Below are positions 62,488-64,000 of a stretch of DNA of 64,000 nucleotides, piece by piece; position 1 is the first letter of the stretch, and each line of letters begins with the position of its first letter. The stretch spans positions 576,001 through 640,000 of the forward strand of contig CAVQUB010000005.1 in NCBI GenBank assembly GCA_963716725.1, read 5' to 3'. A program made the translations under genes and the position numbers. The DNA is from an uncultured delta proteobacterium (lineage in GTDB: Bacteria > Myxococcota_A > Polyangia > Polyangiales > Polyangiaceae). Below the pieces are notes generated by a model. The model worked only from the letters and a program-made list of their open reading frames with translations, was not told where the DNA came from and ran no database searches.

Positions 62488-64000
62488 CTAGTCGAAGGTA
62501 GTGCTCTGCGGCAGCGAGTCTTCGCGCTCTTGCTCTTCCACCGCGCGGTGACGCCAGAGCGCGAGGGCGACTGAGGGCGGTGTCAGCACGCCGATCACCG
62601 AGAAGACCACCGGTGAGAGGCCGGGTGAGGCGAGACAGTAGGCGGCGCCCCCGAGCATGAGCAGCGCCAGCGGAGCCAGCCAGGGCAGCAGTAACACCGA
62701 GCTCACGCCCGCAATGGCAGAGAACACCAGTAAGTCTTGGGTGAAAATTAGCGGAGCGGGCATGCGCATCCACACCCCGAAGGAGCGGCTCGCGAGCAAG
62801 AGCAGGGACGAGAGCACCATCAGCGCCGTCATGCGCCGGCTGAACTGGTTCGCGAACAGGCGCTTGCGCCAGAGCGCGGTGACCAGCAGCGTGGCGGTCA
62901 AGACCACGACGGCGAAGGCCAAGAGGCCTTCGGGCTTGATCTTGGCGGGGTTGGGCTGCGAGAGCGCAAAGGCCGAAAGCGCAACCGCAGCTCCCGTCAT
63001 GGCCGCCAGCCCCTTGGTCCGCTCACGCACGGCCACGCTGCTGTCCTGCTCGCGAGCGAGGGCACGCAGTCGCTGGTCCTCGGCGAGCGAGCGAGCCAGA
63101 TCTTTCCGAGCCAGGCGCAGGAACTCTTTCATCTCGGGTGGAGCGTCGCCGAGTTCGGCCAAGAGCGCTTCGGCGACCTGAACGTGCCCCTGCCGAAGCT
63201 CGAGATCGATGGCTCGCAGCACCGTCCGCGAGAGCCCGGACCGCGCCTGCGCGTTCTCGTTCCACTCCTTCAGCGCTTGCGCAAACCCGAAGCGGCACTC
63301 GCTCACCAATTGGTAGGCGCGCCGCAGATCCTCGGGCGGGGTGTCTGCTGCGCATTCGTCCAAGAGCGACTCCAAGCGGGCGAGCCGCTCGCTGGCCTCG
63401 TCCGCCAGGGTGATGGAACTCTTGTGTCGCAGGAAATCCGCGAGCGCATTGCGAAAATCGAGGGCGGTGGTGAGGCGCGCGGCGGGTGCGCGGGCGGTGG
63501 CGCGGTTGCACAGGGCCGCCAGCTCCTCCGGGACCTCGGCGCCGTAGCTCACGGGCTCCGAAAGGAACGCGGACATCAAGGCGTCCTGGAGCTTGTCGCC
63601 TTCGTGGCGGAAGCTGCCCGTCACCACGTGGTGCAAGGTGGCGCCCAGCAAGTACACGTCGGTCCAGGCGCCGATGCGACCGCCCGACACCAGCTCCGGA
63701 GGCATGTACGCGGGAGTGCCCACCAAGCCCGATCGCTCCACCATGCTCGGATCGTCGCTGCGCACGGCGATGCCCCAGTCCACCAGGTAGACCTCGCCGT
63801 AGGTGCCGAGCATCACGTTCTCGAGCTTGATGTCGCAATGAATCACGCCGTGGTCGTGGGCGAAGTGCACGGCTTGACAGACCTGCATCAGGATCTCGAG
63901 GTGGGACTCGAGCCGGTCTCCGGGTCGGGACTGCCAGGCAGCATGCCGAGGGTCGGCCAACAGCGCTCGCCACTCGACGCCTTCGACGCGCTTCATGACC
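62488..64000 (-). CDS. Ser/Thr protein kinase with C-terminal TM domain (5' partial)
   Basis: HCDIKLEN, DWG, GTPAYMPPE, DVYLLG; multi-TM C-terminus. Confidence 0.9.
   Translation of the reverse strand, partial: VMKRVEGVEWRALLADPRHAAWQSRPGDRLESHLEILMQVCQAVHFAHDHGVIHCDIKLENVMLGTYGEVYLVDWGIAVRSDDPSMVERSGLVGTPAYMPPELVSGGRIGAWTDVYLLGATLHHVVTGSFRHEGDKLQDALMSAFLSEPVSYGAEVPEELAALCNRATARAPAARLTTALDFRNALADFLRHKSSITLADEASERLARLESLLDECAADTPPEDLRRAYQLVSECRFGFAQALKEWNENAQARSGLSRTVLRAIDLELRQGHVQVAEALLAELGDAPPEMKEFLRLARKDLARSLAEDQRLRALAREQDSSVAVRERTKGLAAMTGAAVALSAFALSQPNPAKIKPEGLLAFAVVVLTATLLVTALWRKRLFANQFSRRMTALMVLSSLLLLASRSFGVWMRMPAPLIFTQDLLVFSAIAGVSSVLLLPWLAPLALLMLGGAAYCLASPGLSPVVFSVIGVLTPPSVALALWRHRAVEEQEREDSLPQSTTFD

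Overview
GC-rich window that looks like a myxobacterium (Polyangiaceae-like), judging by a MYXO-CTERM tail, an FHA-sigma54 activator, Ser/Thr kinases and many Gly/Cys-rich lipoproteins. Left to right it contains: (1) an OmpA / HAMP-adenylate cyclase / LysM-like-FecR / Ser-Thr kinase operon, divergent from an FHA-sigma54 activator; (2) DUF481, Uma2, L,D-transpeptidase-like and SUMF1 genes; (3) a nitrate respiration locus with a dihaem cytochrome c and narGHJI (heavily frameshifted, probably read errors), a RegB-like kinase with a REC-GAF-BTAD regulator, narK and a hemerythrin gene; (4) inside that locus, a ~3.5 kb mobile block made of an inverted MITE-like IS remnant with a 27-bp hairpin tandem array, an HNH nuclease with a palindromic in-frame insert, and an IS1182-family element; (5) UspA, TerC, nhaR, typA, a methyltransferase and pckG; (6) a GtrA / MMPL / AUR1-like / CDP-alcohol phosphotransferase cluster suggesting inositol-phosphoceramide synthesis and export; (7) lipoproteins, an Hsp70-like gene, two SDRs, a DUF362-CBM9 fusion and a partial kinase. 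I found no rRNA, tRNA or CRISPR array. All family calls come from recognising motifs by eye; no searches were run.
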